Virus record (IMG/VR): IMGVR_UViG_2906454065_000003
Span: 1 to 64,000 of that record
Source of the DNA: a virus
Direction: 5' to 3' (one strand)
Length of the DNA: 64,000 bases
Shown: piece after piece, positions 19,201 through 27,863 of the stretch
How positions within the stretch are numbered: position 1 is the stretch's first letter
How the letters are laid out: each line of letters starts with the position of its first letter
Translations under genes and position numbers: made by a program
The notes under the pieces: model-generated
Told to the model about the DNA's origin: nothing
Databases searched by the model: none
What the model saw: the letters and a program-made list of their open reading frames with translations, nothing else

Positions 19201-22200
19201 AGATAGTATAAACTCTTTGAATGAAAGTTACAAAAAGGCAGAGGACGCAATATATAAAGGAAGCACAGCGACTGTTGATTGGAATAACTCCCAAGCAAAG
19301 GCTCGTTGGATAGTAAACAAGAACAAGCAATCAATCCAAGAATTGGTAGAGCAAACTGATAATCTTATCAATTTATGGAATAAAGAATATGGGTTGAATT
19401 TAAAAATTCATTATGATGATTCGGAAATTCCAAATTGGATGAAATCTATGACAACGAAGGAGTTGCGAAATTTAATTTCAAGGAGAGAGGCGGATATTTT
19501 ACAACAGGAAAATCACGAAAAGAAAACTGGGCATAAGTTGGTAACACGTTCAGGAGGTAAGTTTAGGTCAAGAACGGAAAACCAAACGGATGTCGCAATG
19601 GCGAAATCTATAATTCAATCACGTACACCAAAGAGTAGTACAACAACAAAATCAAATACAACCCATACTACTCCAAAGAAAACAGGTACAACGGATGACC
19701 CACAAGCAAGAGCGTATGAACGCAAGAAGGCTGAGGAGGACTATTCCAAGTCTATTTCATCCTATTCGGAGAAAGCTATCCAAGATATGACCAAAAATCG
19801 CATCAATGCGATGAATGAGGGCTATAGCAAGGAATTGGCTCAGATTACCGAGAATGCCGACAAGGAGAGAAAGGCGGTAGAAGAAGGTATAGACAAATTG
19901 GTTGAGGCTAGAAAAAAACGTGACCAAGCTGTTTGGGTTAATTCCGGCAAGGGTCGTAAGGCTAATATGTGGAAACAGAGCAAAACCAATGAAGAGTACA
20001 AGAATGAGGTTTTGAATGAAACCATGAAGGATAGCAAGGGTAATCCGGTTAAGGTCAATGGTATGAATATGACCATAGGCATGAGTGTTGCTAATCAGAT
20101 GAATGCAATTCGGGATAAGGCGGTAAAGCAGAATGAGGATGTGCTTGCTAAAGAAGCGCAAAGCATGTACGATTATCTGAAGACTTATGGCACATACCAG
20201 GAGCAGAAGTTAGCTATTGCTGCCGATTATGCTAAGAGGATTAGCGAGGTTGAAAACTCTACGGATTCGGACTCAAGCAAGCAATGGAAGATAAAGTCTT
20301 TGAAAGAAGAGCAGAAGAAAGAGACGGATTCGGTTGAGGCTAGTGCTATTATGCAGAAGATAGACTGGTATCAAGTCTTCGGAAATGTTGGTGGCATTAT
20401 GAAAGATGTGCTTGTTCCTTTATTGGCAGATCTGGATAAGTTCGTAGGTACGGATAAGTTCCAAAATTTGGGTGCAGACCAGCAGAAGAGTATCGTTGAT
20501 GCTATGCAGAATATCCGTAATTCGATTGGCAATACAAGTGATTTAGGTTGGAAAGACCTTGCAAGGGATGTTGTAGCTTATCAGGATGCTCTGAAGAATG
20601 CGAAAGTTGCACAAGATGAATACACGAAAACGGAAACTTTGCTTATACCTCGTATTAAGGTTTTGCAAGAACAGATTGAGAATGCGAAAAAGTCGGGCAA
20701 TGTTGCAGAGCAAACAAGGCTACAAGAAGAATTGAATAAAGTTCAAGGTCAGTTAGCGGAGTCCGGAAAGAAGATTGTTACGGCTAACACAAAAGTTCGT
20801 ACTAGTGGTCAGAAGTTGGCTCAAACGACACAGAATGTGACACAACCGATTTCTGCTATCCATGAGTTCCTTTCTACTTCTGGACTATCCGATTTGGCAT
20901 CTCTTTGGGATAGTTTTGACCAACTTAAAGGTGGAATTGACGGATTGAAAGCTTTAAAGGAGGCTAAAAATGCGGCTGACGGACTGAAGGATATGGGTAA
21001 GGAAGCCGCAGATGCTGCCGCAGATGCTGGCAAGAAAGCTGGTGATGCACTAAGTGAAGGATTGTCAAAAGCTGGACTAATAGGTCAAATCGTATCTGCC
21101 ATCTTGAAGATACTTGATGTTTTGAAAGATGGTATTGGAACATTGATTAGTAGCTTGATTGATACAGTTCTGAATGCGGTCAACGGCATATTAAAGAATA
21201 TTCTAAGTGGCGATTTTATAACTCAGATTGGAGGGTCTTTGGTAAGCGGCATTGGTAATATTCTCAATACTATATCGTTTGGTGGATTCAATAGTTTGTT
21301 TGGAGTTGGTGGAAACGCAAAAGAAGTAAACCGGACTATAGATAAATTGACGGATAGAAATGAAATCTTGACGGATGCTATAGACAAGTTACGAGACTCC
21401 ATAGACAAGAATAGTGGTATTAAAGCCGTAGAGGATGCTAAAAAAGCCGAAAACCTCCAAAAGGAGAAAGAACAAAATTTAAAGAGTATCATGGAGGCGC
21501 AAATGGGTTATCATGGCTCTCATCACAGTTTTAACGCTTATTTCCGAGGATTTTCGCAAGAGCAAATCAAAAAGGTGTCCGATGCAATAGGCAGACAATG
21601 GAATGGTAATCTTAACGACTTGCAATCTGCTGATGAAGCAGCTGCCATTTTGCAGAATCCAGATATGGTTGAGGCTATCAAGAATACAGGTAAGGGTGGC
21701 TATGGAGGTAGAGTTCTTGAAAAGTTGAAAGACTATGCGGCTGAGGCTGGAACATTAGAGGAAATTGCTGATGACCTTGCAGAAAGCTTGACGCAAATAT
21801 CTTTTGATAGTTTGAAGAGCGAGTTCATAGATACTTTGATGGATATGAATTCCTCTGCTCAAGACTTCTCTGATAATTTCTCCAAGATGCTTATGCAAGC
21901 CGTTCTGAAAGCTAAGGTGGATGATTTGTTGGGAAATGATATGCAAGCATTCTATGACGAATGGGCGGAACGAGCTGAGGCAAATGGTGGTAAATTGTCA
22001 AAGACAGATATAACTGCCTTGAAGGGAAAGTATGATGAAATGGTTCAAGAAGGACTGAAGATTAGAGATGAAGTAGCCGAAATAACGGGTTACAAGCAAT
22101 CTTACGAGCAGTCCGCTTCTTCCGGTTCATTTGAGTCTATGAGCCAAGACACAGGCGATGAGTTGAATGGTCGTTTCACAGCGGTACAAATTGCCACAGA

Positions 22201-22477
22201 GGGAACGTATGAGGAAACAAAGCTCATAAATACCAAGTTGGATGCTATTGCGGCTCGTGAAGGTGGCGCAGAGGGTAGTTTACTAACGGCTAGCGTGAAT
22301 ACTATAATGGGTAATGTAGGTAACATTTGGTTAGCTGTTGATGAGGGTAGGACTATCCTTGCACAAAGCTTAATGTACTTGCAGTCGATTGATGAGCGAC
22401 AAGAGCGATGGCATAAGCCTATGTTGCAAGCATTCAATGATATACACGAATTGAAAGATAAGATGAGTAGATTGTAA
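16214..22477 (+). CDS. phage tail tape measure protein
   Basis: 2087 aa. N-terminal coiled coils. The core (aa 200-370: LAGSIFNTRSQF...LGDIASGLNIPLGDLVYLYGTTVSQGRMFTMDL) is a canonical TP901-type TMP domain. Gly/Ala-rich helical repeats sit near the C-terminus. Confidence 0.85.
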   Translation: MAELRFDVKANFEEVTKLRSECEKLRAELLKTNKSTDPAIVADLTEKYADASNRLKDLTQAASRAAYVMSSEFNKKMQAAAREVYSYELQMQATKDRIEKIQQQITNKRLTLGVTTDKSSIESLQKNIDYLKGSLAGQTAQLKNLEGGAVGARQTLENMRNEYVLYAGSANPAKEATNMLTDSMSQMIERMKAAPTAGEGMTSLFQRVTGDAHMLSATLLGGLGFEQLAGSIFNTRSQFQQLEISFNTMLGSADKSKQLMDELIQTAAHTPFDMSSITGGAKQLLAYGTEAKDVNKTLVQLGDIASGLNIPLGDLVYLYGTTVSQGRMFTMDLRQFMGRGVPLAEELGKILHQNTTEVQESVSKGKVTSDIFKEAIANMTQAGGRFGGLMEQQSKTFEGQWSNIGDSIQQMFNEIGKKSEGVFSSGLSIISAMVENWQEVIKVIGVATVAVGSYRASLMAAASIRKAEEAQQADDMMKGIDAEIKRLQDLENSNYKSLGKDKKQERVSKQQDLASIVGDTAVSDDFVKARLDAAEQEGVISAQMRSQLETKRELLQAQQQATAQSQIELDEEKRKTEELRQQKIESLKDDLKTTTEKISNLDDRDVELARQYTSALNDLQDAQDAFAEAQKLVEETAGGANLAFDAEGNAVNALEAKERLETATKQVNAAQTKISTIESERKTIAQTKENLSKQQATIQNNINTVSQASNTTAKKAGILATTTATIKNALYAAGTKYTTTVVNLFSSAVRSSGNALKSLWAAMAANPIGALITLGTTLYSVFSMFGDETEEISADTTHFGETTSLTSKKVETLMNVLRNTNESTDAHKKAKDELIGVYEQYGIKCDNEKDNLETLKNKHDAFIASLQLENAEREKANALMSISSQYEEARKNLDKDFSDSLGGSWLDFGQHIDKEDISAVQMMFNSLVSDDALTKIDSLRQKMDSAKKGTLEYANAAQEYDADLRNLLVPFEEWGKKMGYNSFVMASLRSSILKHIDSINSLNESYKKAEDAIYKGSTATVDWNNSQAKARWIVNKNKQSIQELVEQTDNLINLWNKEYGLNLKIHYDDSEIPNWMKSMTTKELRNLISRREADILQQENHEKKTGHKLVTRSGGKFRSRTENQTDVAMAKSIIQSRTPKSSTTTKSNTTHTTPKKTGTTDDPQARAYERKKAEEDYSKSISSYSEKAIQDMTKNRINAMNEGYSKELAQITENADKERKAVEEGIDKLVEARKKRDQAVWVNSGKGRKANMWKQSKTNEEYKNEVLNETMKDSKGNPVKVNGMNMTIGMSVANQMNAIRDKAVKQNEDVLAKEAQSMYDYLKTYGTYQEQKLAIAADYAKRISEVENSTDSDSSKQWKIKSLKEEQKKETDSVEASAIMQKIDWYQVFGNVGGIMKDVLVPLLADLDKFVGTDKFQNLGADQQKSIVDAMQNIRNSIGNTSDLGWKDLARDVVAYQDALKNAKVAQDEYTKTETLLIPRIKVLQEQIENAKKSGNVAEQTRLQEELNKVQGQLAESGKKIVTANTKVRTSGQKLAQTTQNVTQPISAIHEFLSTSGLSDLASLWDSFDQLKGGIDGLKALKEAKNAADGLKDMGKEAADAAADAGKKAGDALSEGLSKAGLIGQIVSAILKILDVLKDGIGTLISSLIDTVLNAVNGILKNILSGDFITQIGGSLVSGIGNILNTISFGGFNSLFGVGGNAKEVNRTIDKLTDRNEILTDAIDKLRDSIDKNSGIKAVEDAKKAENLQKEKEQNLKSIMEAQMGYHGSHHSFNAYFRGFSQEQIKKVSDAIGRQWNGNLNDLQSADEAAAILQNPDMVEAIKNTGKGGYGGRVLEKLKDYAAEAGTLEEIADDLAESLTQISFDSLKSEFIDTLMDMNSSAQDFSDNFSKMLMQAVLKAKVDDLLGNDMQAFYDEWAERAEANGGKLSKTDITALKGKYDEMVQEGLKIRDEVAEITGYKQSYEQSASSGSFESMSQDTGDELNGRFTAVQIATEGTYEETKLINTKLDAIAAREGGAEGSLLTASVNTIMGNVGNIWLAVDEGRTILAQSLMYLQSIDERQERWHKPMLQAFNDIHELKDKMSRL

Positions 22478-22501
22478 ACTTAATTTGCGCCATGTTAAAG
22501 T

Positions 22502-22537
22502 AAGAGGGGAATGCGTGATGCACTCTCCTCTTTTTTA
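22502..22537 (+). terminator. rho-independent terminator after tape measure gene
   Basis: Stem AAGAGGGG / CTCTCCTCTT around loop AATGCGTGATGCA, followed by TTTTTT. Confidence 0.5.
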
Positions 22538-22654
22538 TGGAGAAAGTTTTTGTTTTTCACAATATAGATAAGTGTTGTTAAACTGAGTGCTAATTTTTGG
22601 TAGAGTGGAATATAATAGTTATCTTTGTGGTCGAATTTCAAAACTTGTAAGGAC

Positions 22655-23551
22655 ATGAAGATATTAGAACCGAGATATGAAATCCTATCCCAAGGTGAGG
22701 GTATGGATGGAGTTTATAAACAGATAGAGTTGTGCGGTCGCACATGTTATGCGTCAAGTATGAAGATAGATAAAGACAGCGCAAAGCCTTTCGTTGAGCG
22801 TATGGTAAGCAGCAATCATCTTGCCATGTGTGAACATGGAACGATTTACCTCCATGTCGCCTATGAAGAAGGATTTTTTGTACCGGAGTCTTTATTGGTC
22901 AAGCACTATCGTGAGAACAAATATTCAAAGGTGATACAGATTGGCAGCGACTACTATATCACAACTAACTACAGAGTGATAGTTGAAAATAACTGGTTTG
23001 AGGATTTGGACTATATTTGCGAGCCTACGGAATGGCATGAGAAGCGAATAACCGTCCGCTTTACTACTCAGATTGCGGTAAGTAGAGAGGCTAACAGACA
23101 TCGTGTAGATTCCGTAGCGGAACAAAGCACTAGATATTGCAACTATAGTAAGGATAAGTTCGGAGGCGAGATTGCTATCAACAAGCCAAAGTGGGTTAGC
23201 AAAGATGATGCGGTTAATCCATTGTCTTTTGATGGTGGAACATTTGTTGACCTATCAAAGAATATCGGTAGTTATGAGCATTGGAGTCCGGTAGAAAAAT
23301 GGTGGTTTGCCAATAGAGTATGCGAAATGATGTATTTGTCTTTGGTCAAGGATGATGGTCTTAAGCCACAGGATGCGAGAACGATACTTCCTCTTGATAC
23401 CAACACGGAGTTGATTCATACCGCATTTGTGAGCGATTGGAAGCATTTCTTCGAGTTGAGAAGTCTTGGAACGACCGGAAAGCCTCATCCAGATATTGAG
23501 GTCTTAGCAACACCATTGATGAATGAGTTCAAGGAACGAGGTTTGATTTAA
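22655..23551 (+). CDS. thyX: flavin-dependent thymidylate synthase ThyX
   Basis: ThyX signature RHR-x7-S (ANRHRVDSVAEQSTRY) and the upstream CEHGTIY His motif. The ATG at 22655 (MKILEP) is preferred because the track start at 22625 lies inside the -7 box TATCTTTG. Confidence 0.75.
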   Translation: MKILEPRYEILSQGEGMDGVYKQIELCGRTCYASSMKIDKDSAKPFVERMVSSNHLAMCEHGTIYLHVAYEEGFFVPESLLVKHYRENKYSKVIQIGSDYYITTNYRVIVENNWFEDLDYICEPTEWHEKRITVRFTTQIAVSREANRHRVDSVAEQSTRYCNYSKDKFGGEIAINKPKWVSKDDAVNPLSFDGGTFVDLSKNIGSYEHWSPVEKWWFANRVCEMMYLSLVKDDGLKPQDARTILPLDTNTELIHTAFVSDWKHFFELRSLGTTGKPHPDIEVLATPLMNEFKERGLI

Positions 23552-23557
23552 TCGTTT

Positions 23558-24028
23558 ATGAAGAAGAAAGCCAAGCAAATAGCCAAGGTGATGAGCAATG
23601 ACTCTTTGGAGGTTGTTGCTCAGATGATTGCTGATGAGGCAAAAGGTGTGCGCTACGAGGTGTATGCCGATGGTTCTAGTAAGAAAGAAAAGTGTGGTTG
23701 TGGCTGGCTTGTGCTTCATAAGGGAGCGATTATCAATAGTGGGAAATATACATTTATCACAGCCAAAGTGAACGATTCGGTGAGAGCCGAAATAAGGGCA
23801 GTCATTCAAGCATTGGGTGATTGCCCTCCTTTGTGTTCTGTTGATGTATATGTGGATTGCCAAGTGGCTATAGAGAGAATACAGGCTTGCAAGTTAGGAG
23901 ACTTACAGCCTATATATAATAAGGTAGCGAAAGGCAAGGTGATAAGATACCATTGGGTTAAGGCTCATAGAGGTAATATGTATAACGAAATGGTGGATTC
24001 TTTGGCTTTTTCTGCTACAGAAAGTTAA
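23558..24028 (+). CDS. rnhA: ribonuclease H (type I)
   Basis: RNase HI catalytic layout: YADGS (D), RAEIRAV (E), VDVYVDCQ (D) and HWVKAHRGNMYNEMVDSLA (H...D). Confidence 0.7.
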   Translation: MKKKAKQIAKVMSNDSLEVVAQMIADEAKGVRYEVYADGSSKKEKCGCGWLVLHKGAIINSGKYTFITAKVNDSVRAEIRAVIQALGDCPPLCSVDVYVDCQVAIERIQACKLGDLQPIYNKVAKGKVIRYHWVKAHRGNMYNEMVDSLAFSATES

Positions 24029-24083
24029 TTTCGTGCCTACATATATAATAAGCGTTAAAATATAAAAGAAACACATTAAATAA

Positions 24084-24115
24084 CTTGCATATTTCAAATA
24101 TTCTTTGTATCTTTG
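24084..24115 (+). promoter_or_regulatory. Bacteroides-type promoter (repeated cassette copy)
   Basis: CTTGCATATTTCAAATATTCTTTGTATCTTTG, with the -7 box at 24108..24115. About 93% identical over about 115 bp to 44948..45062. Confidence 0.55.
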
Positions 24116-24152
24116 CATTGTAATTAAGAAATAAAGGTTACTAATTAAAAAT

Positions 24153-24176
24153 GGTGAGACACACCATAAAAACTGT
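24153..24176 (+). promoter_or_regulatory. hairpin motif copy a (GGTGAGACACACC-ATAAA-AACTGT)
   Basis: Stem GGTG / CACC, loop AGACA. Sits in the 5' leader of ORF 24185..24406. Confidence 0.5.
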
Positions 24177-24184
24177 GATTCGTT

Positions 24185-24406
24185 ATGAATACTAGATTGA
24201 GTAAGAAAGAGACAATGGTTTATGGCAACATCGAAGTGATGGCTGATGTAATTGGTGGTAACAAGTACTTTACATTTGCTGAGTTGTATGATTTCGATTT
24301 GGATAATACCAAGGATGAGTTGAAAGAAATTTTAAACTCTTTGACTGAGAAAGGTTACTTGAAGAGTTTTAATGATTTCGATAAAACTTATCGAGTTTTG
24401 AAGTAA
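24185..24406 (+). CDS. hypothetical protein
   Basis: 73-aa ORF downstream of the promoter and hairpin motif. Confidence 0.45.
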   Translation: MNTRLSKKETMVYGNIEVMADVIGGNKYFTFAELYDFDLDNTKDELKEILNSLTEKGYLKSFNDFDKTYRVLK

Positions 24407-24451
24407 GAACAACAAAGGGGATATGAAATCCCCTTACAATATAAATTTAGA

Positions 24452-24474
24452 GCGTGAGACACACGTAAAACTGT
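24452..24474 (+). promoter_or_regulatory. hairpin motif copy b (GCGTGAGACACACG-TAAAACTGT)
   Basis: Stem CGTG / CACG. The outer pair is swapped relative to copy a (G-C to C-G), which is compensatory. Confidence 0.5.
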
Positions 24475-24572
24475 ATTGAAACAATGAAAAAGGTATTCAC
24501 AATTGAGAATGCGTTAGCGTTTTTATTTGCTCTTGAAATAGTATCATTAATATTTTTTCTAGGATAGGGCTT

Positions 24573-24791
24573 ATGCAGATTAAGTTTGGTAAGATAAAGT
24601 TTACTGCGGCTAAGTCCGAAAAAGGATGCCGCTTTGATGCTTGCTATAAAGGTGAGCATGTGGCTTTTGAGAGTGAAGATATGTCTTTGTATGATGATGT
24701 CTTTTCTGATAATAGCAGAAGAGCAAAGGCAGCAAAGAGGGTGATTTACGAGAATATTAAGCACAAGTATTATGAGACCCATAGAGATTAG
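24573..24791 (+). CDS. hypothetical protein
   Basis: 72-aa ORF. Confidence 0.4.
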   Translation: MQIKFGKIKFTAAKSEKGCRFDACYKGEHVAFESEDMSLYDDVFSDNSRRAKAAKRVIYENIKHKYYETHRD

Positions 24792-25242
24792 CGATTTCAA
24801 CGCTGCCGATGAATTTGTCGTTGAGGCAATGATGCAAGATGGCAAATTCAAGGTTATCGGCAAGGTTATTATTGATAATAATCTTCTGAATGATGATGAT
24901 TTGGAAACCATTTGGGATTATGCCAACTGGGAGACGAACGGCTATGAAAAGATGGTTGTCTCTAATGGAGTGTATAAAGGCTTAAATGCATTTAGTGATG
25001 GTCGAATGTTCTATGTAATTACGGATGATGAGGTCGGAGTGGTAAACGACAATATCATGGTACGTAAGCATTATGATGTCAACAATGGCTATTATATAAA
25101 GTCATCAAGGTTACACAAGGAGCAATCCAAGGATTTGTGGTGCTTTGGTAGTTGCGAGACCATAACTAACGAATATAAGTCAAACATTTTACATGAAGTA
25201 CTTTATGGCAAAGATGAACCATATAAAGCCTACCTTTCTTGA
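24772..25242 (+). CDS. hypothetical protein
   Basis: 156-aa ORF. Overlaps the previous gene by 20 nt in a different frame. Confidence 0.45.
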   Translation: MRPIEISDFNAADEFVVEAMMQDGKFKVIGKVIIDNNLLNDDDLETIWDYANWETNGYEKMVVSNGVYKGLNAFSDGRMFYVITDDEVGVVNDNIMVRKHYDVNNGYYIKSSRLHKEQSKDLWCFGSCETITNEYKSNILHEVLYGKDEPYKAYLS

Positions 25243-25456
25243 AGGCGGTGAAGTCTGGCATGATATTGATAAGTTCCCGATGCTAGACCATACAATTCTA
25301 GTAGAGTTGCAAGTAAAAGGCTCAGACGGATTGATTTACCGGACGCAAGATGTATGTGTTGAGCGTGCGGATAGGTTCGTACCTACGATGTCTTTTGTTC
25401 CTAAGCGTTGGGCGTACGCAATAGACTTAGCTCAATGTAAGCAACTTGAAGGATAA
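25193..25456 (+). CDS. hypothetical protein
   Basis: 87-aa ORF. An alternative start at 25208 (MAKMNH) is possible. Overlaps the upstream gene. Confidence 0.35.
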   Translation: MKYFMAKMNHIKPTFLEGGEVWHDIDKFPMLDHTILVELQVKGSDGLIYRTQDVCVERADRFVPTMSFVPKRWAYAIDLAQCKQLEG

Positions 25457-25485
25457 AAACAAAATACAAAATTAAGAATTAGCAT

Positions 25486-25836
25486 ATGGAAGAATCAAGA
25501 GGTGTTTACACATTACCTGTCTTGTATAATGAACAAAGTGGTAGAAATGAAGGTGTATGTGTCAGAAGTGAACTTGGAGTAGTTGTTGCAATTGACAATG
25601 AAGATGAGTTTAAAGGTGTTTTTTCAAAGGATGGTGAGGTTGATGTATTCAAGCAGTTACTATCACAAGAAGTGTATCGTTTCAACACAGAACACCATGC
25701 ATTCCCAACTGAGCCTTTGATTTCTTACAAGATGGATGGCGACATTATCTTTGATTTCGTTGAAGTAACAATCGGAAAGATGTATGGCGGTTATGTTTAT
25801 ATCGTGCATTACAACTTTGCAAGCACGGCATCATAA
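25486..25836 (+). CDS. hypothetical protein
   Basis: 116-aa ORF. Confidence 0.45.
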   Translation: MEESRGVYTLPVLYNEQSGRNEGVCVRSELGVVVAIDNEDEFKGVFSKDGEVDVFKQLLSQEVYRFNTEHHAFPTEPLISYKMDGDIIFDFVEVTIGKMYGGYVYIVHYNFASTAS

Positions 25837-26010
25837 TAAACAAGTTTGATTATGACAGTAGTAAGAGAAAGATTAAAAATTGCGGCTCAGATTGAGGTGC
25901 TGGAAGATATTGCTATTGATTATAGGGGAAAGACTATAGATAACATAATCCAACAGCTAGAAGCGAGGTTGAGTGCATTGAAGTAAGTTCAAGTTTGAAG
26001 TTAAAAGTCA

Positions 26011-26367
26011 ATGAGTGGTGGACGTTTTGATTATGCTCAGTATCGGATTGCTGACATATATACAAAGATAGAAGATTATGTTGATGGTCATCCATTGGAT
26101 GAGGAAGACGAAAGATGCTTTCTCGAAGACCGATGGTTAGAAGAGGATGAAGACAGGTATGTTAGAAAACATCATCATACGATGCCTAACAGATATGGCT
26201 TATCTAAAGAGACTATCAAGGAATTCAAAAAGGGTATTGAACTTCTGAAGAAAGCTCAGGTTTATGCCCAAAGAATTGATTGGCTTCTTTCCGGTGATGA
26301 TGGAGAAGATAATTTCCATCTACGTTTGAAAGAGGATTTGGCAAATTTAAAAAGTAAGAAAGGGTAG
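26011..26367 (+). CDS. hypothetical protein
   Basis: 118-aa ORF. Confidence 0.45.
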   Translation: MSGGRFDYAQYRIADIYTKIEDYVDGHPLDEEDERCFLEDRWLEEDEDRYVRKHHHTMPNRYGLSKETIKEFKKGIELLKKAQVYAQRIDWLLSGDDGEDNFHLRLKEDLANLKSKKG

Positions 26368-26370
26368 ATT

Positions 26371-26868
26371 ATGAGTTGGAATTATCGCTTAGATACACCT
26401 ATGATGCAATTAGCTGAAGAGGTGAACAAGAAATATGATACTGATGCAGGTAAGATGCTTCTTTGCACTTATCTCTTCATGGTATCAAGTGAAGAGATAA
26501 AGGACAAACAAGCTTTCTTTGATTGGGTAGAAGAGCTGAATAAGTCCTGTAAGTGCGATGCGGTAAGGGAGTACGTGAAAATCAACGGCAAAGCCGATTG
26601 GCTGCATGGTGGATTCAGTAAGCCGATTTACCGACACTATAAGGGCAATTTCTATGAGTACCTTGGTGAGGTTACTGATAGCGAGACTTCTGAAGCTAAG
26701 GTTGCGTATCAAGCAGTGTGCGGACAGCATGAAGTTTGGGTGCGACCAAAGGAAATGTTCTTTGGTAATGTTGAGATTGATGGTAAGCCAGTTCCTCGAT
26801 TTGAGAAGGTAGATTTAAAAGACTTAGAGAAACAAACCGAGAAGAGCAATGGACAGAGAAAAGATTAA
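26371..26868 (+). CDS. hypothetical protein
   Basis: 165 aa. The C-terminus (YRHYKGNFYEYLGEV...QHEVWVRPKEMF) may resemble DUF1653, recalled from memory only. Confidence 0.45.
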   Translation: MSWNYRLDTPMMQLAEEVNKKYDTDAGKMLLCTYLFMVSSEEIKDKQAFFDWVEELNKSCKCDAVREYVKINGKADWLHGGFSKPIYRHYKGNFYEYLGEVTDSETSEAKVAYQAVCGQHEVWVRPKEMFFGNVEIDGKPVPRFEKVDLKDLEKQTEKSNGQRKD

Positions 26869-27010
26869 GAGTTTGTTAGGTCAAGCAATCTTGCGAGTGA
26901 ATGAAGTCGTACCGGATTTCGAAGACTTGGACAAGGTTCTTCCTTTGCTTAGACAGGCAATTGATGAATTAGATAAGTCTGATTCGGGTTCAGTTTAAAA
27001 AGGGTGGAAA

Positions 27011-27544
27011 ATGGCAAATAAGCAGACGATAAAACCAAAGGTAGTTCCCTTTGAGATAGCCAAACTTCTGAAGGAGGTTGGTTACGATGAGAAGATAGCA
27101 GAATTTTGGGCTTATGCTAGTCCTTGGACAGCAAAGGGTGGCATTCGTAAGGGTGGAAAATATAATGAGCATTACGGCAGTTATATTGCTTACTCCAATT
27201 CCGAGTGGGAGAAATCCAATATTGAGTTTTCTGCTGCCTTAAAGTTGAATAGTAAGCATCCGGCAATATCCGCTCCAAGCTATGATATGGTGCTTGATTG
27301 GCTTTTAGAGCATTTCGGTTACTATATTTGTGTTGCAAACATTTCGAAAGATAAGTTCTGTTGGCAAACTACATCATGGTGTGTAGAGGAAGGCTTGTGT
27401 CATACGGATGGTAAGGAATATTCCAGTAGATACGATGCAATGGATGCCGCATTCAAGAGTATCTTAAAGGCTCGCATAGATAATAAAGAAAACGAGGAAA
27501 TCAAAAGACTTTTGGAGGAAATACAAGATGGAAAGACTTTATGA
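27011..27544 (+). CDS. hypothetical protein
   Basis: 177-aa ORF. Confidence 0.45.
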   Translation: MANKQTIKPKVVPFEIAKLLKEVGYDEKIAEFWAYASPWTAKGGIRKGGKYNEHYGSYIAYSNSEWEKSNIEFSAALKLNSKHPAISAPSYDMVLDWLLEHFGYYICVANISKDKFCWQTTSWCVEEGLCHTDGKEYSSRYDAMDAAFKSILKARIDNKENEEIKRLLEEIQDGKTL

Positions 27545-27863
27545 TACTTTTGTACACGCAATAATGGTGAAGTTAGAAGCTCGTTTATATGTTGAACTCG
27601 AATGTGTTTATAAGGATATAACAAACAAGATTGTTGAGAAGAAAGGTAAACTCACCAACGAAGACGTAATTGAGTTTCAGAAAAAACTACAAGAAGTGTA
27701 CGACACGAATGCTGCTATTCGTGAAAAGGTTACTGGCATTAAAGATTCAAAGAAATGTATCATAACTAAAGAAGCATGTGAAGAGTTAATAAAGCGATTT
27801 AGCGTGATTTATATAAAAGAAGATGAACAAGCAAAGAATGATAGAGTGGATAGCCACTTGTGA
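27528..27863 (+). CDS. hypothetical protein
   Basis: 111-aa ORF. Confidence 0.4.
   Translation: MERLYDTFVHAIMVKLEARLYVELECVYKDITNKIVEKKGKLTNEDVIEFQKKLQEVYDTNAAIREKVTGIKDSKKCIITKEACEELIKRFSVIYIKEDEQAKNDRVDSHL

Noticed and set aside
16557-22437. Many 60-135-aa antisense or alternate-frame ORFs inside the tape measure gene
   Set aside because: They are embedded in a 6.3-kb ORF with a clear TMP core domain. They are typical spurious ORFs.
22625-22654. Upstream ATG as thyX start (track ORF 22625..23551)
   Set aside because: The ATG lies inside the -7 box TATCTTTG of the predicted promoter. The next in-frame ATG at 22655 (MKILEP) is the likelier start.
24447-24911. 154-aa - strand ORF
   Set aside because: It runs against the uninterrupted + strand gene array and overlaps two + ORFs and hairpin motif copy b.
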